From Coprococcus sp. (GTDB lineage: Bacteria; Bacillota; Clostridia; Lachnospirales; Lachnospiraceae): DNA of 64,000 nucleotides. The notes below the pieces were generated by a model, which saw nothing but the letters and a program-made list of their open reading frames with translations, made no database searches and was not told where the DNA came from. The stretch spans positions 12,443 to 76,442 of the forward strand of contig JAEDGN010000002.1 in the NCBI GenBank assembly GCA_016297495.1, in the 5' to 3' direction. A program made the position numbers and the translations under genes. Positions 30,664-40,700 of this stretch are shown here, piece after piece. Each line of letters starts with the position of its first letter. Within the stretch, counting starts at the first letter, position 1.

Positions 30664-30819
30664 ATTTTTCCTCTCTTCGCAAATCGTTTTCTGTTTCAGC
30701 ATAACATGAAACCGCAATTTTTGCAATGTATGCAACAATCGCGTCAATGGTCTTTTGCGGGAGGGCGAAGATATAATTAGGTCAACAAAAGCAACCACTT
30801 ATTTATAAGAAAGGATGAG

Positions 30820-31902
30820 ATGAAAAATATGGAAATGACACTCAGATGGTACGGAAGTAAGTATGATACTGTCACGTTGAAGCAGATCCGCCAGATTCCC
30901 GGTGTGACAGGAGTTATTACAACCTTATATGATACGGCGCCGGGGGAGGTATGGAGCCGTGAGAGGATCCGGGCAATGAAGTCGGAGGTTGAAGCAGCAG
31001 GCCTGCATGTGGCGGGTATTGAGAGCGTCAATGTTCATGATGCCATCAAGACGGGAGCTCCGGAAAGGGATCAGTACATTGCAAATTATATCGAGACGCT
31101 GGAGAACCTCGGAAAAGAGGACATTCATCTGGTCTGCTATAATTTCATGCCGGTCTTTGACTGGACCAGAACAGAGCTTGCAAGGGTGCGTCCGGATGGT
31201 TCTACAGTGCTTGCTTATACCCAGGAAGCTGTGGATGCTCTTGATCCTGAGAAGATGTTCGACTCTATTGCCGGAGATATGAACGGAACGGTGATGCCGG
31301 GATGGGAACCTGAGAGAATGGAGCATGTAAAGGAGCTGTTTGAGCTGTACAAGGATGTAGATGAAGATAAATTATTCGCTAATCTGAAATATTTCCTTGA
31401 AGCAATCATGCCGGTTTGTGACAGGTATGACATCAATATGGCCATTCATCCTGATGATCCGGCATGGAGCGTATTCGGCCTGCCGAGAATCATTACCAAT
31501 AAGAAGAACATCCTTCGCATGATGGAAATGGTTGATAATCCTCATAATGGTGTTACCTTCTGTTCCGGTTCCTACGGGACCAATCTGGAGAATGACCTGC
31601 CGGATATGATCCGTTCCCTCAAAGGAAGAATCCATTTCGCCCATGTGCGCAATCTGAAATTTATCACACCGACCAATTTCGAGGAAGCTGCACATTTGTC
31701 CGGTGACGGAACCTTTGATATGTACGAGATCATGAAAGCACTGTACGATACCGGTTTTGACGGACCGATCCGGCCGGATCACGGACGAATGATCTGGGAT
31801 GAAGTAGCTATGCCGGGATACGGACTTTATGACCGCGCCCTTGGTGCGACCTATCTGAACGGCCTCTGGGAAGCCATTGAGAAGGGGGCAAAAAGATCAT
31901 GA
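30820..31902 (+). CDS. uxuA: Mannonate dehydratase
   Basis: MTLRWYG, CYNFMPVFDWTRT, IHPDDP, RPDHGR, PGYGLYDRALG. Confidence 0.96.
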   Translation: MKNMEMTLRWYGSKYDTVTLKQIRQIPGVTGVITTLYDTAPGEVWSRERIRAMKSEVEAAGLHVAGIESVNVHDAIKTGAPERDQYIANYIETLENLGKEDIHLVCYNFMPVFDWTRTELARVRPDGSTVLAYTQEAVDALDPEKMFDSIAGDMNGTVMPGWEPERMEHVKELFELYKDVDEDKLFANLKYFLEAIMPVCDRYDINMAIHPDDPAWSVFGLPRIITNKKNILRMMEMVDNPHNGVTFCSGSYGTNLENDLPDMIRSLKGRIHFAHVRNLKFITPTNFEEAAHLSGDGTFDMYEIMKALYDTGFDGPIRPDHGRMIWDEVAMPGYGLYDRALGATYLNGLWEAIEKGAKRS

Positions 31903-33509
31903 AATTAAATGCTCAGGGTATTGCAGACAGAAAACAGTGGGAAGAAAAAGGATACGTCCTGCCGCGCTATGACCGCGCAAAGGTCGCTGCGGCAACCAGA
32001 GAAAATCCGTTCTGGATCCACTTTGGCGCAGGTAATATTTTCCGTGCTTTTCAGGCAAATGTAGTACAGAATCTGCTGAATGACGGCATTCTGGACTGCG
32101 GTTTGATTGTGGCCGAGGGATTTGATTATGAGATCGTGGAAAAAATGAACCGGCCCCATGATGATTACAGCATTCTGGTTACATTGAAGGCAAACGGCAG
32201 CGTTGAGAAGACAGTAGTAGGAAGTGTTGTCGAGTCCTGCATACTTGATTCAGAAAATGAAGCGGAATACGGGCGCCTGAAAGAGATTTTCCGAAAGGAT
32301 TCCCTTCAGATGGTCTCTTTCACCATAACCGAGAAGGGTTACAGTCTTGTTAACGGCAAAGGGGAAATGCTTCCGGCGGTCAGAGAGGATTTTGTAAACG
32401 GACCGGAAAAGCCGGTGAGCTATATCGGCAAGGTGACTTCCCTCCTGTACACACGTTATCTGGCAGGAGAAAAGCCGGTGGCCATGGTCAGCATGGATAA
32501 CTGCTCCCATAACGGTGATAAATTATATGCAGCTGTCAGTGCATTTGCAGAGGCATGGACGAAGAATGGCCTTATTGACAAAGGCTTTCTTACTTATGTG
32601 AACAGCAAAGATAAAGTGAGCTTTCCATGGTCCATGATCGATAAAATCACACCGAGACCGGATGCTTCTGTGGAAGCGATTCTTAAAAATGACGGTGTGG
32701 AGGAACTGGAGCCGGTCATCACTTCAAAAAACACCTATGTGGCACCCTTTGTCAATGCGGAGGAATGTGAGTATCTGGTGATCGAGGATGCTTTCCCGAA
32801 CGGACGGCCGGAACTGGAAAAAGGCGGGCTGATGTTCACGGACAGGGAAACTGTGGATAAGGTGGAAAAAATGAAGGTATGTACATGCCTGAATCCTCTG
32901 CATACAACACTGGCTGTCTTTGGATGCCTTCTTGGCTATGAGAAAATATCTGATGAGATGAAGGACAGAGAACTGAAGAAGCTGGTGGAGACCATTGGAT
33001 ATAAGGAGGGACTGCCTGTTGTTGTAGATCCGGGTGTTCTGGATCCGAAGGAATTCATTGATACAGTGCTGAATGTCCGCATCCCGAATCCGTTTATGCC
33101 GGATACACCACAGAGAATCGCGACGGATACTTCCCAGAAACTGGCCATTCGTTTCGGTGAGACCATTAAGGCTTATGAGGCAGCACCTGAACTGGATGTA
33201 AAATCCCTGAAGCTGATTCCGCTGGTATTTGCAGGATGGCTCCGGTATCTCATGGCTGTTGACGATGAGGGAAGAAAATTTGAACTCAGCCCGGATCCTC
33301 TGCTTGATACGGTATGTCCTTATGTGGCGGGGCTTGAACTGAAAGAAGATCAGGATGTGGAGTGTGCGGCTGCGCCGGTACTGAGAATGAAGCAGATCTT
33401 TGGGGTGGATCTCTATGAGGCAGGTCTGGCAGAAACTGTTATCGGCTATCTGAAAGAACTGACAGCAGGCGTTGGCGCTGTGCGGGCAACCCTAAAAAAG
33501 TACGTGTAA
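31899..33509 (+). CDS. Mannitol dehydrogenase-family oxidoreductase (UxuB/UxaB-like)
   Basis: WIHFGAGNIFRA, SFTITEKGY, SMDNCSHNG, MIDKITP, DTSQKL; within uronate operon. Confidence 0.88.
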   Translation: MKLNAQGIADRKQWEEKGYVLPRYDRAKVAAATRENPFWIHFGAGNIFRAFQANVVQNLLNDGILDCGLIVAEGFDYEIVEKMNRPHDDYSILVTLKANGSVEKTVVGSVVESCILDSENEAEYGRLKEIFRKDSLQMVSFTITEKGYSLVNGKGEMLPAVREDFVNGPEKPVSYIGKVTSLLYTRYLAGEKPVAMVSMDNCSHNGDKLYAAVSAFAEAWTKNGLIDKGFLTYVNSKDKVSFPWSMIDKITPRPDASVEAILKNDGVEELEPVITSKNTYVAPFVNAEECEYLVIEDAFPNGRPELEKGGLMFTDRETVDKVEKMKVCTCLNPLHTTLAVFGCLLGYEKISDEMKDRELKKLVETIGYKEGLPVVVDPGVLDPKEFIDTVLNVRIPNPFMPDTPQRIATDTSQKLAIRFGETIKAYEAAPELDVKSLKLIPLVFAGWLRYLMAVDDEGRKFELSPDPLLDTVCPYVAGLELKEDQDVECAAAPVLRMKQIFGVDLYEAGLAETVIGYLKELTAGVGAVRATLKKYV

Positions 33510-33525
33510 AAGGGAGAACAGGATA

Positions 33526-34932
33526 ATGAGAGCTTTTATGGATAAGGATTTTCTGCTGGAAACGGAGACTGCGCGCAAACTGTATCATGAATATGCAGCG
33601 AAGATGCCGATTCTGGACTACCATTGTCATATCAGTCCGCAGGAGATTGCTGAGGACAGAAAGTTTGATAATATCACCCGGGTATGGCTGGGCGGTGATC
33701 ATTATAAATGGCGCCAGATGCGCTCCAACGGTGTGGAAGAGCGATATATTACAGGCGATGCGCCAGATAGAGAGAAGTTTCAGAAGTGGGCCGGGACCCT
33801 GGAAAAGGCCATCGGCAATCCGCTTTACCATTGGAGTCATCTGGAATTGCAGCGGTATTTCGGTTATACTGGCGCATTGAATGGAGAGACGGCGGAAGAA
33901 GTGTGGAACCTCTGCAATACAAAGCTGCAGGAGGACGGTATGAGTGCACGAAATCTCATACGACAGTCTAATGTAAAGCTGATTTGTACAACGGACGATC
34001 CGGTGGATTCCCTTGAATGGCATGAGAAAATTGCTGCCGATGACAGCTTTGATGTACAGGTACTTCCTGCATGGAGACCGGATAAGGCCATGAATCTGGA
34101 GAAACCGGATTATGGGGACTATCTGAAGTGGCTGGAAAAGGCAAGCGGCATCAGAATTGACAGTTTCAAAGCATTGATTGAAGCATTACGCTGCCGCATG
34201 GATTATTTCGCAGAAAGGGGATGCCGGGTATCTGATCACGGTCTGGAATATGTGATGTACGTTCCGGCTTCAGATGAAGAGCTGGAAACACTTTTTGAAA
34301 AAAGACTGTCGGGGGAAGCGGTGAGCCGTCAGGAGGAGCTGCAGTTCAAAACGGCATTCATGGTGGCTATGGGCCGGGAATATCACAAAAAAGATTGGGT
34401 CATGCAGCTGCATTATGGCGTTAAACGGGATAATAACGGCTTGATTTTCGGAAAGCTGGGGCCGGATGCAGGCATTGATTGTATCAATAATTATGCGCCA
34501 TCCTCTGAAATGGCCGATTTTCTCAATGCCCTTGCCGTAACAGATGAACTTCCAAAGACGATTCTTTATTCCCTGAATCCGAATGACAATGCGGCCATCG
34601 GCACCATTATCGGATGTTTTCAGGAGGCAGGTATTGCCGGTAAGATCCAGCAGGGCAGTGCGTGGTGGTTCAATGATCATAAAAAGGGCATGATCGACCA
34701 GATGACATCTCTGGCAAGTCTGGGACTTCTGGGGAATTTTATTGGTATGCTGACGGATTCCAGAAGCTTTCTGTCCTACACAAGACATGAATATTTCCGC
34801 AGAATCATGTGCAATCTCATCGGAGGATGGGTGGAAAACGGTGAGTATCCGGCAGATGAGAAGGCGCTCGGACGTATGGTACAGGATATTTCTTATTATA
34901 ATGCGGTCAGATATTTTGGATTTGATCTATAA
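33526..34932 (+). CDS. uxaC: Glucuronate (uronate) isomerase
   Basis: DYHCH, GDHYKWRQMR, CTTDDP, WWFNDH, MLTDSRSFLSYTRHEYFRR. Confidence 0.97.
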   Translation: MRAFMDKDFLLETETARKLYHEYAAKMPILDYHCHISPQEIAEDRKFDNITRVWLGGDHYKWRQMRSNGVEERYITGDAPDREKFQKWAGTLEKAIGNPLYHWSHLELQRYFGYTGALNGETAEEVWNLCNTKLQEDGMSARNLIRQSNVKLICTTDDPVDSLEWHEKIAADDSFDVQVLPAWRPDKAMNLEKPDYGDYLKWLEKASGIRIDSFKALIEALRCRMDYFAERGCRVSDHGLEYVMYVPASDEELETLFEKRLSGEAVSRQEELQFKTAFMVAMGREYHKKDWVMQLHYGVKRDNNGLIFGKLGPDAGIDCINNYAPSSEMADFLNALAVTDELPKTILYSLNPNDNAAIGTIIGCFQEAGIAGKIQQGSAWWFNDHKKGMIDQMTSLASLGLLGNFIGMLTDSRSFLSYTRHEYFRRIMCNLIGGWVENGEYPADEKALGRMVQDISYYNAVRYFGFDL

Positions 34933-35031
34933 AGGAATTTCGGGATTGTATAGGCATAAGCGCTGAGCAATGTGTAAATATTATAGGTAGATTTATAAAC
35001 CCGACTTTATTAAAGAGGCAGGAGAAAAGAA

Positions 35032-35673
35032 ATGAATGAGATATTAGAACAAATTCATGAGCTGGGTATTGTGCCGGTTGTTGTGCTGAATGACGCAAAG
35101 GATGCCGCACCCCTGGCCAAAGCATTATGTGACGGCGGTCTGCCATGTGCAGAGGTAACATTCAGGACAGCTGCAGCCGAAGCGTCTATCCGTATCATGA
35201 CAGAACAGTTCCCGGAGATGCTGGTGGGCGCCGGAACAGTGCTTACAAAAGATCAGGTGGATCGTGCTGTCAGCGCCGGTGCTAAATTTATTGTAAGTCC
35301 GGGGCTTAATCCGGAAATTGTAAAGTATTGTGTGGATAAAGGTATCCTGATCACACCGGGATGTGCGAATCCGAGCGATGTGGAGCAGGCGCTGGCCTAT
35401 GGCCTGGATGTGGTGAAGTTCTTTCCGGCAGAACCGGCAGGCGGTCTGAAGATGATCAAAGCCATGGCAGCTCCATATGTGGGTGTGAAGTTTATGCCGA
35501 CAGGCGGTATTAATCAGAACAATGTAAGAGAGTATCTGGCATACGACAGAATCCTTGCCTGCGGCGGAAGCTGGATGGTTAAGGGTGAACTGATAGATGC
35601 GGGAGAATTTGATAAGATTGAGGAACTGACGAGAGAAGCCGTTGAACTTGTAAAAGAGAGCAGGGGGAAATAA
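35032..35673 (+). CDS. eda: KDPG/KHG aldolase
   Basis: AEVTFRT, GAGTVL, FIVSPG, KFFPA, FMPTGG. Confidence 0.95.
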   Translation: MNEILEQIHELGIVPVVVLNDAKDAAPLAKALCDGGLPCAEVTFRTAAAEASIRIMTEQFPEMLVGAGTVLTKDQVDRAVSAGAKFIVSPGLNPEIVKYCVDKGILITPGCANPSDVEQALAYGLDVVKFFPAEPAGGLKMIKAMAAPYVGVKFMPTGGINQNNVREYLAYDRILACGGSWMVKGELIDAGEFDKIEELTREAVELVKESRGK

Positions 35674-35675
35674 AA

Positions 35676-36701
35676 ATGGCAAAGAGAGTTATTACGTTCG
35701 GAGAATTGATGTTGAGACTGGCGCCGGAAGGCTATTATCGTTTTGTGCAGACAGATAAGTTTGGTGCAACCTTTGGCGGCGGTGAGGCCAATGTGGCTGT
35801 ATCCCTAGCTAACTATGGTTTTGATGCGGCTTTTGTATCCAGGCTTCCGGCCCATGAGATCGGACAGGCTGCTGTCAACTCCCTGAGAAGATACGGTGTT
35901 GATACCTCATATATTGCCCGCGGCGGCGACCGTGTAGGTATCTACTATCTGGAAAAGGGAGCTTCTCAGAGACCATCAAAGGTTATTTATGACCGTGCAG
36001 GCTCTTCCATCTATACAGCTTCATCTGAGGATTTCGACTGGAAGAAGATTTTTGATGGTGCGGAATGGTTTCATTTCACAGGTATTACGCCGGCATTAAA
36101 TGATCATGTGGCGGCTATCTGTCTGGAAGCCTGCAAGATGGCAAAAGAAATGGGTGTCAAGGTATCCTGTGACCTGAATTATAGAAATAAGCTCTGGAGC
36201 AAGGCAAAGGCCGGCGATGTGATGGGTGAGCTCTGCAAATATGTGGATGTATGCATTGCCAATGAAGAGGATGCGGCGGATGTATTTGGCATTAAAGCAG
36301 CCAATACAGATGTAACAGCAGGTACAGTTAATCACGAAGGCTATAAGGATGTGGCAAAACATCTGGCTGACAGGTTCGGTTTTGAGAAAGTGGCCATTAC
36401 TCTCCGTGAGTCCATTTCCGCCAATGACAATAATTGGTCTGCCATGCTCTATGATGGAACGGATTATTATTTCAGCAAAAAATATAAGATGCATATTGTT
36501 GATCGTGTGGGCGGCGGCGACAGCTTCGGCGGCGGTCTCATCGCAGCGGTTTTGAGCGGCTATGATGCACAGGCAGCCATTGAATTTGCTGTTGCAGCTT
36601 CCTGTCTGAAGCACTCCATCGAAGGCGACTATAACATGGTAACCATGGATGAAGTGGCAAAGCTGGCCGGCGGTGATGCCTCCGGACGTGTCCAGAGATA
36701 A
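35676..36701 (+). CDS. kdgK: 2-keto-3-deoxygluconate kinase (PfkB family)
   Basis: GELMLRL, GGGEANVA, DLNYR, DRVGGGDSF; operon context. Confidence 0.9.
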   Translation: MAKRVITFGELMLRLAPEGYYRFVQTDKFGATFGGGEANVAVSLANYGFDAAFVSRLPAHEIGQAAVNSLRRYGVDTSYIARGGDRVGIYYLEKGASQRPSKVIYDRAGSSIYTASSEDFDWKKIFDGAEWFHFTGITPALNDHVAAICLEACKMAKEMGVKVSCDLNYRNKLWSKAKAGDVMGELCKYVDVCIANEEDAADVFGIKAANTDVTAGTVNHEGYKDVAKHLADRFGFEKVAITLRESISANDNNWSAMLYDGTDYYFSKKYKMHIVDRVGGGDSFGGGLIAAVLSGYDAQAAIEFAVAASCLKHSIEGDYNMVTMDEVAKLAGGDASGRVQR

Positions 36702-36738
36702 AGCACGGGTTATCACAGTGAGATGAACCGGTAATGGT

Positions 36739-36796
36739 AAATGCGGACAGTTTTTACTTTCATCTAATTTGAAGGTGGAAAACGGTCCGCGTTTTT
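36739..36796 (+). terminator. Terminator-like hairpin after kdgK
   Basis: AATGCGGAC...GTCCGCGTTTTT with inner pairing. Confidence 0.6.
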
Positions 36797-36838
36797 AATG
36801 TTAAGGGGATGACACACATCTGAATATACATCTGAATA

Positions 36839-36938
36839 TTTCGGCTAATTTTGAATATAATTAAAAAATAGCCGGGCAGCTATATTGCCAATGCTTTGAA
36901 TTTCGGCTAAAATATAATTAGAGTTAAAATTAGCCGAA
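36839..36938. promoter_or_regulatory. Two tandem inverted repeats (TTCGGCTA/TAGCCG) overlapping promoter and RBS of AAA ATPase gene
   Basis: TTCGGCTAATTTT (36840-36852) is the exact reverse complement of AAAATTAGCCGAA (36926-36938); further half-sites at about 36863-36874 and 36901-36910. Confidence 0.65.
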
Positions 36939-36950
36939 GGAGGTGCTGGC

Positions 36951-38174
36951 ATGAATTATATTTCGAGAAATCTTGAGACAGTTGTAAAGCAGGTTACAAA
37001 GGAATACCCGGTCGTCCTTGTGACGGGGCCGCGTCAGGTCGGCAAGACAACGATGCTGCAGAAGTTAATGGAGGGGACAGACCGGGGGTATGTTTCGCTG
37101 GATGATCTGAATGACCGCAGCCTTGCCAAAAATGATCCGGAGCTGTTTTTGCAGCTGCACAAGCCGCCAGTATTAATTGACGAGGTACAGTATGCCCCGG
37201 AGTTATTTACTTATATTAAAATTTATGCCGATTCTCACCATGAACCGGGGGCATTCTGGCTTACAGGTTCCCAGGTGTTTAAGCTGATGCGTGGTGTACA
37301 GGAATCTCTGGCAGGACGTGTAGCTGTATTGTCTATGACATCATTGACCCAGGCGGAAATATGCGGCTCCGAAATGACGCCTTTTGATATCAATCTGGAA
37401 GCACTGATGATGAGGGAGAAAAAACGTACACCTGCGGATACCAGTGAGATTTTTGAACGGATCTACAGAGGCTCTATGCCTGCAATTGCCAGCGGTCAGA
37501 ATTCAAACAGCCAGATATTTTACAGCAGTTATCTGTCTACTTATATCGAGCGTGATGTGAAGCAGTTATCGGATGCCATTGATTCTTTGAAATTTCTGCG
37601 GTTTATTACAGCTGTGGCGGCGCGGTGTTCCCAGATGCTGAATGTATCTGATATTGCGCAGGATGCAGATATTAATCAGAAACAGGCAAAGGATTGGCTG
37701 CAGATTCTGGAGACATTGGGAATTATTTTCTACCTGCATCCATATTCCAATCATCTGCTGAAACGATTGATAAAGACACCGAGGCTGTATTTTTATGATA
37801 CAGGCCTTGTCTGCCATCTTACCAGATGGAGCAGTGCGGAAGTGTTGGAAAGCGGCGCTATGAATGGCGCAATTCTGGAGAATTATGTAGTAGCTGAAAT
37901 TGCCAAAACGTATATGAATTCAGGAAAAGAACCATATATGTATTATTATCGGGATAAAGATGCCAGGGAGATAGATATCATACTGGAACATGATGGTATC
38001 CTGAATCCCATTGAGATTAAAAAGACATCTAATCCGGGAACAGAGTTGACAAAGATATTTGCTCTTCTTGATAAGGCATCTGTGCCCAGAGGTAAAGGCG
38101 CAGTCGTGTGCATGAAGCCGAAGGTAGGTGTGATTGACAGAGAGAATTATGTAATACCGGTCTGGGTTATATAA
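36951..38174 (+). CDS. AAA+ ATPase (AAA_14) with DUF4143 / C-terminal nuclease-like domain
   Basis: GPRQVGKT, LIDEVQ, ESLAGR, YIERDV, PRLYFYDTG, EIDIIL...PIEIK. Confidence 0.9.
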   Translation: MNYISRNLETVVKQVTKEYPVVLVTGPRQVGKTTMLQKLMEGTDRGYVSLDDLNDRSLAKNDPELFLQLHKPPVLIDEVQYAPELFTYIKIYADSHHEPGAFWLTGSQVFKLMRGVQESLAGRVAVLSMTSLTQAEICGSEMTPFDINLEALMMREKKRTPADTSEIFERIYRGSMPAIASGQNSNSQIFYSSYLSTYIERDVKQLSDAIDSLKFLRFITAVAARCSQMLNVSDIAQDADINQKQAKDWLQILETLGIIFYLHPYSNHLLKRLIKTPRLYFYDTGLVCHLTRWSSAEVLESGAMNGAILENYVVAEIAKTYMNSGKEPYMYYYRDKDAREIDIILEHDGILNPIEIKKTSNPGTELTKIFALLDKASVPRGKGAVVCMKPKVGVIDRENYVIPVWVI

Positions 38175-38176
38175 AA

Positions 38177-39055
38177 ATGATGAAGTTGAAAATGATGAAT
38201 TCACGTTTTATGTTAATAGCATCTATGGTAATATTCGGGACGATAGGAGCCTTTGTACGAAACATTACTGTGTCTTCAGGAGAACTGGCATTGTATCGTG
38301 CCGTTCTGGCAGCGCTTCTGATTGCTGTTTACCTGACAGTAACCAGACGAAAAATTCCGTTTCACCATATAAAAAAAGAAGTACCGTTATTGCTTGCTTC
38401 GGGAGCGGCAATGGGGATCAACTGGATTCTTTTGTTTGAAGCCTACAGGTATACGACTGTTTCGGCAGCAACATTAAGCTATTATTTTGCGCCTGTTATT
38501 GTCACTGTTGCATGCCCGGTTCTTTTCCATGAAAAACTGACGGGAAAGCAGATGATATGCTTTGCTATGTCCACATTGGGAATTGTGATGATTACCGGTA
38601 TCGGAAATATTGGCGGGGGAAGTGATTTTATTGGGATATTATTCGGATTGGGAGCAGCAGTCTTTTACGCGATGGTTGTTCTTTTGAATAAGTTCATTAA
38701 AAATGTAGAAGGCATTCACAGAACATTTTTGCAGTTCCTTTCCGCAATTGTTGTGTTAATTCCCTATGTTCTGATGACCAGCGGTGTGACACTGGAAAGT
38801 CTTAACGGGATTGGCTGGGTGAATTTACTAATCGTTGGACTGATTCATACGGGTGTGACGTATTGTATGTATTTTACTTCTCTTAAAGAATTGCCGGGAC
38901 AGGAGGCAGCCATCCTCAGCTATATTGATCCTCTGGTTGCGGTACTGATTTCTGTAACTATTCTGGGGGAAACGATGACGGCGTGGCAGGTAACAGGCGG
39001 TATGTTGATCCTGGGCTTTACGCTTTGGAATGAAATCTCACGAGGGACTGGTTGA
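38177..39055 (+). CDS. EamA/DMT family transporter
   Basis: Ten TM, duplicated EamA (LSYYFAPV, LSYIDPLVAV). Confidence 0.9.
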   Translation: MMKLKMMNSRFMLIASMVIFGTIGAFVRNITVSSGELALYRAVLAALLIAVYLTVTRRKIPFHHIKKEVPLLLASGAAMGINWILLFEAYRYTTVSAATLSYYFAPVIVTVACPVLFHEKLTGKQMICFAMSTLGIVMITGIGNIGGGSDFIGILFGLGAAVFYAMVVLLNKFIKNVEGIHRTFLQFLSAIVVLIPYVLMTSGVTLESLNGIGWVNLLIVGLIHTGVTYCMYFTSLKELPGQEAAILSYIDPLVAVLISVTILGETMTAWQVTGGMLILGFTLWNEISRGTG

Positions 39056-39109
39056 AGAAAAAGGATTTTTCATTCCTCCATCTGAACTGTTCTGCAATGT
39101 CAATAGCAA

Positions 39110-39265
39110 ACCGACCCAACGGGCAATATCAAGGCTGACAAAGAAAAATCCACAGAAAAAATCGACGGGGCCATTGCCAACATCAGGGGCCTCGATTGTG
39201 CAATCCGCTGTGGGGTGAACACCGGTGCTTCTGTATACGATAAGCGAGGAATCTTCTTTATTTGA
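39110..39265 (+). pseudogene. C-terminal fragment of phage terminase large subunit
   Basis: TDPTGNIKADKEKSTEKIDGAIANIRGLDCAIRCGVNTGASVYDKRGIFFI* resembles the conserved tail of Firmicutes siphophage TerL; no start codon, not in ORF track. Confidence 0.8.
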
Positions 39266-39440
39266 ATATAACAGTGAGATTTGGGCATACTATGTTTTGA
39301 GTTCATGTGATTGGGGAACATATTTCATTGCATCTATCACTTTTTGTTCCCCAATATGATAGGAACTTAAAATTACTGCTAACCAAAGCTTTCGTTATTT
39401 CAAGTTTAACAACGAAAATGAAATAAAAACTGATTAGAGA

Positions 39441-39470
39441 AGCATCTGTCGCAAGATAGGTGCTTTTCTT
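39441..39470 (+). terminator. Terminator hairpin before portal remnant
   Basis: AGCATCTGTC-gcaa-GATAGGTGCT-TTTCTT. Confidence 0.55.
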
Positions 39471-39500
39471 ACGCCCATTTTTGAAGGGAGGGTGATTCGT

Positions 39501-39536
39501 ATGGGAATTTTATCTGGAATATTCAAGGCGGGAGAC
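39501..39536 (+). pseudogene. N-terminal stub of phage portal protein
   Basis: RBS GGAGGGTG then MGILSGIFKAGD, resembling MGILSGIFKARD-type portal N-termini, in the expected position after terL. Confidence 0.55.
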
Positions 39537-39618
39537 TTAAATGTGCACAAAATAATGACAGCGTATTGACAATAAACGAAAAATTGCATATTATATTCTT
39601 GAACAGGAGGTGTTGCTG

Positions 39619-39891
39619 ATGGCTACAACAAATTTAAATATTCGCATGGATAAAGAAGTCAAGGATCAGGCAGAACAGATTTTTAATGAACTGGGATTAA
39701 ATATGACAACTGCAGTAAATATGTTCCTGAGAACGACCATCAGGGAAAATGGCATACCATTTGCTCTAAAGCTGGATGTGCCAAATGAGACAACAGCCGC
39801 TGCAATTCAGGAAGGAAGACGGATTGCGGCAGACAAGTCTGTGCCGGGATATACAAGTATAGATGCACTTAAGGCGGCACTTGATATATGA
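39619..39891 (+). CDS. dinJ: RelB/DinJ family antitoxin
   Basis: NLNIRMD...LGLNMTTAVNMFL...GIPF...PNETT; own TTGACA promoter at about 39566. Confidence 0.88.
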   Translation: MATTNLNIRMDKEVKDQAEQIFNELGLNMTTAVNMFLRTTIRENGIPFALKLDVPNETTAAAIQEGRRIAADKSVPGYTSIDALKAALDI

Positions 39892-40169
39892 AGTATGAGA
39901 TAAAATTTACCAATCAGTTTAAGAAAGATCTTAAACTGGCTAAGAAACAGAACAAAAATCTGGATAAACTGTTTGAAGTTGTGAATATTCTGGCATCTGG
40001 TGGAAAGCTGGGGGCAAGGTATCGAGATCATGAATTGACAGGAAATTACAGAGGGACAAGAGAATGTCATGTTGAACCTGATTGGCTATTGATTTATGAG
40101 ATAAGGGATCAGGTGCTTGTTCTTATGCTTTATCGCCTGGGATCTCATTCTGAACTTTTTAAGAAATAG
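39888..40169 (+). CDS. yafQ: YafQ family mRNA interferase toxin
   Basis: QFKKDLK, YRDHELTGNY, RECHVEPDWLLIY, RLGSHSELF; ATGA overlap with antitoxin. Confidence 0.92.
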   Translation: MKYEIKFTNQFKKDLKLAKKQNKNLDKLFEVVNILASGGKLGARYRDHELTGNYRGTRECHVEPDWLLIYEIRDQVLVLMLYRLGSHSELFKK

Positions 40170-40185
40170 TGTAAAAAGTTATAAG

Positions 40186-40240
40186 AGGACAATCAATGCA
40201 GCCTATCTGTCTGATGTGGATAGGCTGCATTGATTGTCCT
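40186..40240. terminator. Long hairpin after TA operon
   Basis: Perfect 22-bp stem AGGACAATCAATGCAGCCTATC / GATAGGCTGCATTGATTGTCCT. Confidence 0.75.
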
Positions 40241-40362
40241 AAAACTTTTCCTGCCAGTGTCCATCCGCTGATGCCGCCTGCGATAACCTGACCGCTCCTT
40301 TTTTTGCTGCAATATTGAATTTTTAAGGTACAGCACACTTTATCGGTGTGGGAAGTTTGGGT

Positions 40363-40660
40363 TCATAAGAGAAGAGGCAAAGTCCCGTGCATGCATTTTT
40401 TTTCTTTATTCATAAATGGCTCTTTAAGGTTTCTTTGCCTTTCTGCAAGTATACCCGCCCAGACGAGGCCACAGTGTTTGCAGTATCGTTTCATCATTTC
40501 TTCAAAAAGATCGGTTCCCTTTTCGATAGGATAACCGCAGGTTGTAATAAGTGCAAGGCGTTTACCTTTAAAAAGTACCGGCCCATGGGAATCATCTCCG
40601 TAAAATTTACAGGATGCGTAACAGGAACGGTCAATTACCGCCTTTACCGGTGCAGGCGCG
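40363..40660 (-). pseudogene. 5'-truncated flavodoxin-like (NADPH-dependent FMN reductase family) gene
   Basis: APVKAVIDR...KGKRLALITTCGYP...DLFEE...RYCKH is the C-terminal half of the family; N-terminal FMN-binding part missing. Confidence 0.62.
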
Positions 40661-40700
40661 GCAGCCGGCAATATTTTTTTCGTAAACATCAAAATAATCG

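Noticed and set aside
39030..39321. ORF-track ORFs 39030-39218 (+) and 39100-39321 (-)
   Set aside because: Wrong frames; the recognisable coding signal is the start-less terminase tail at 39110-39265.
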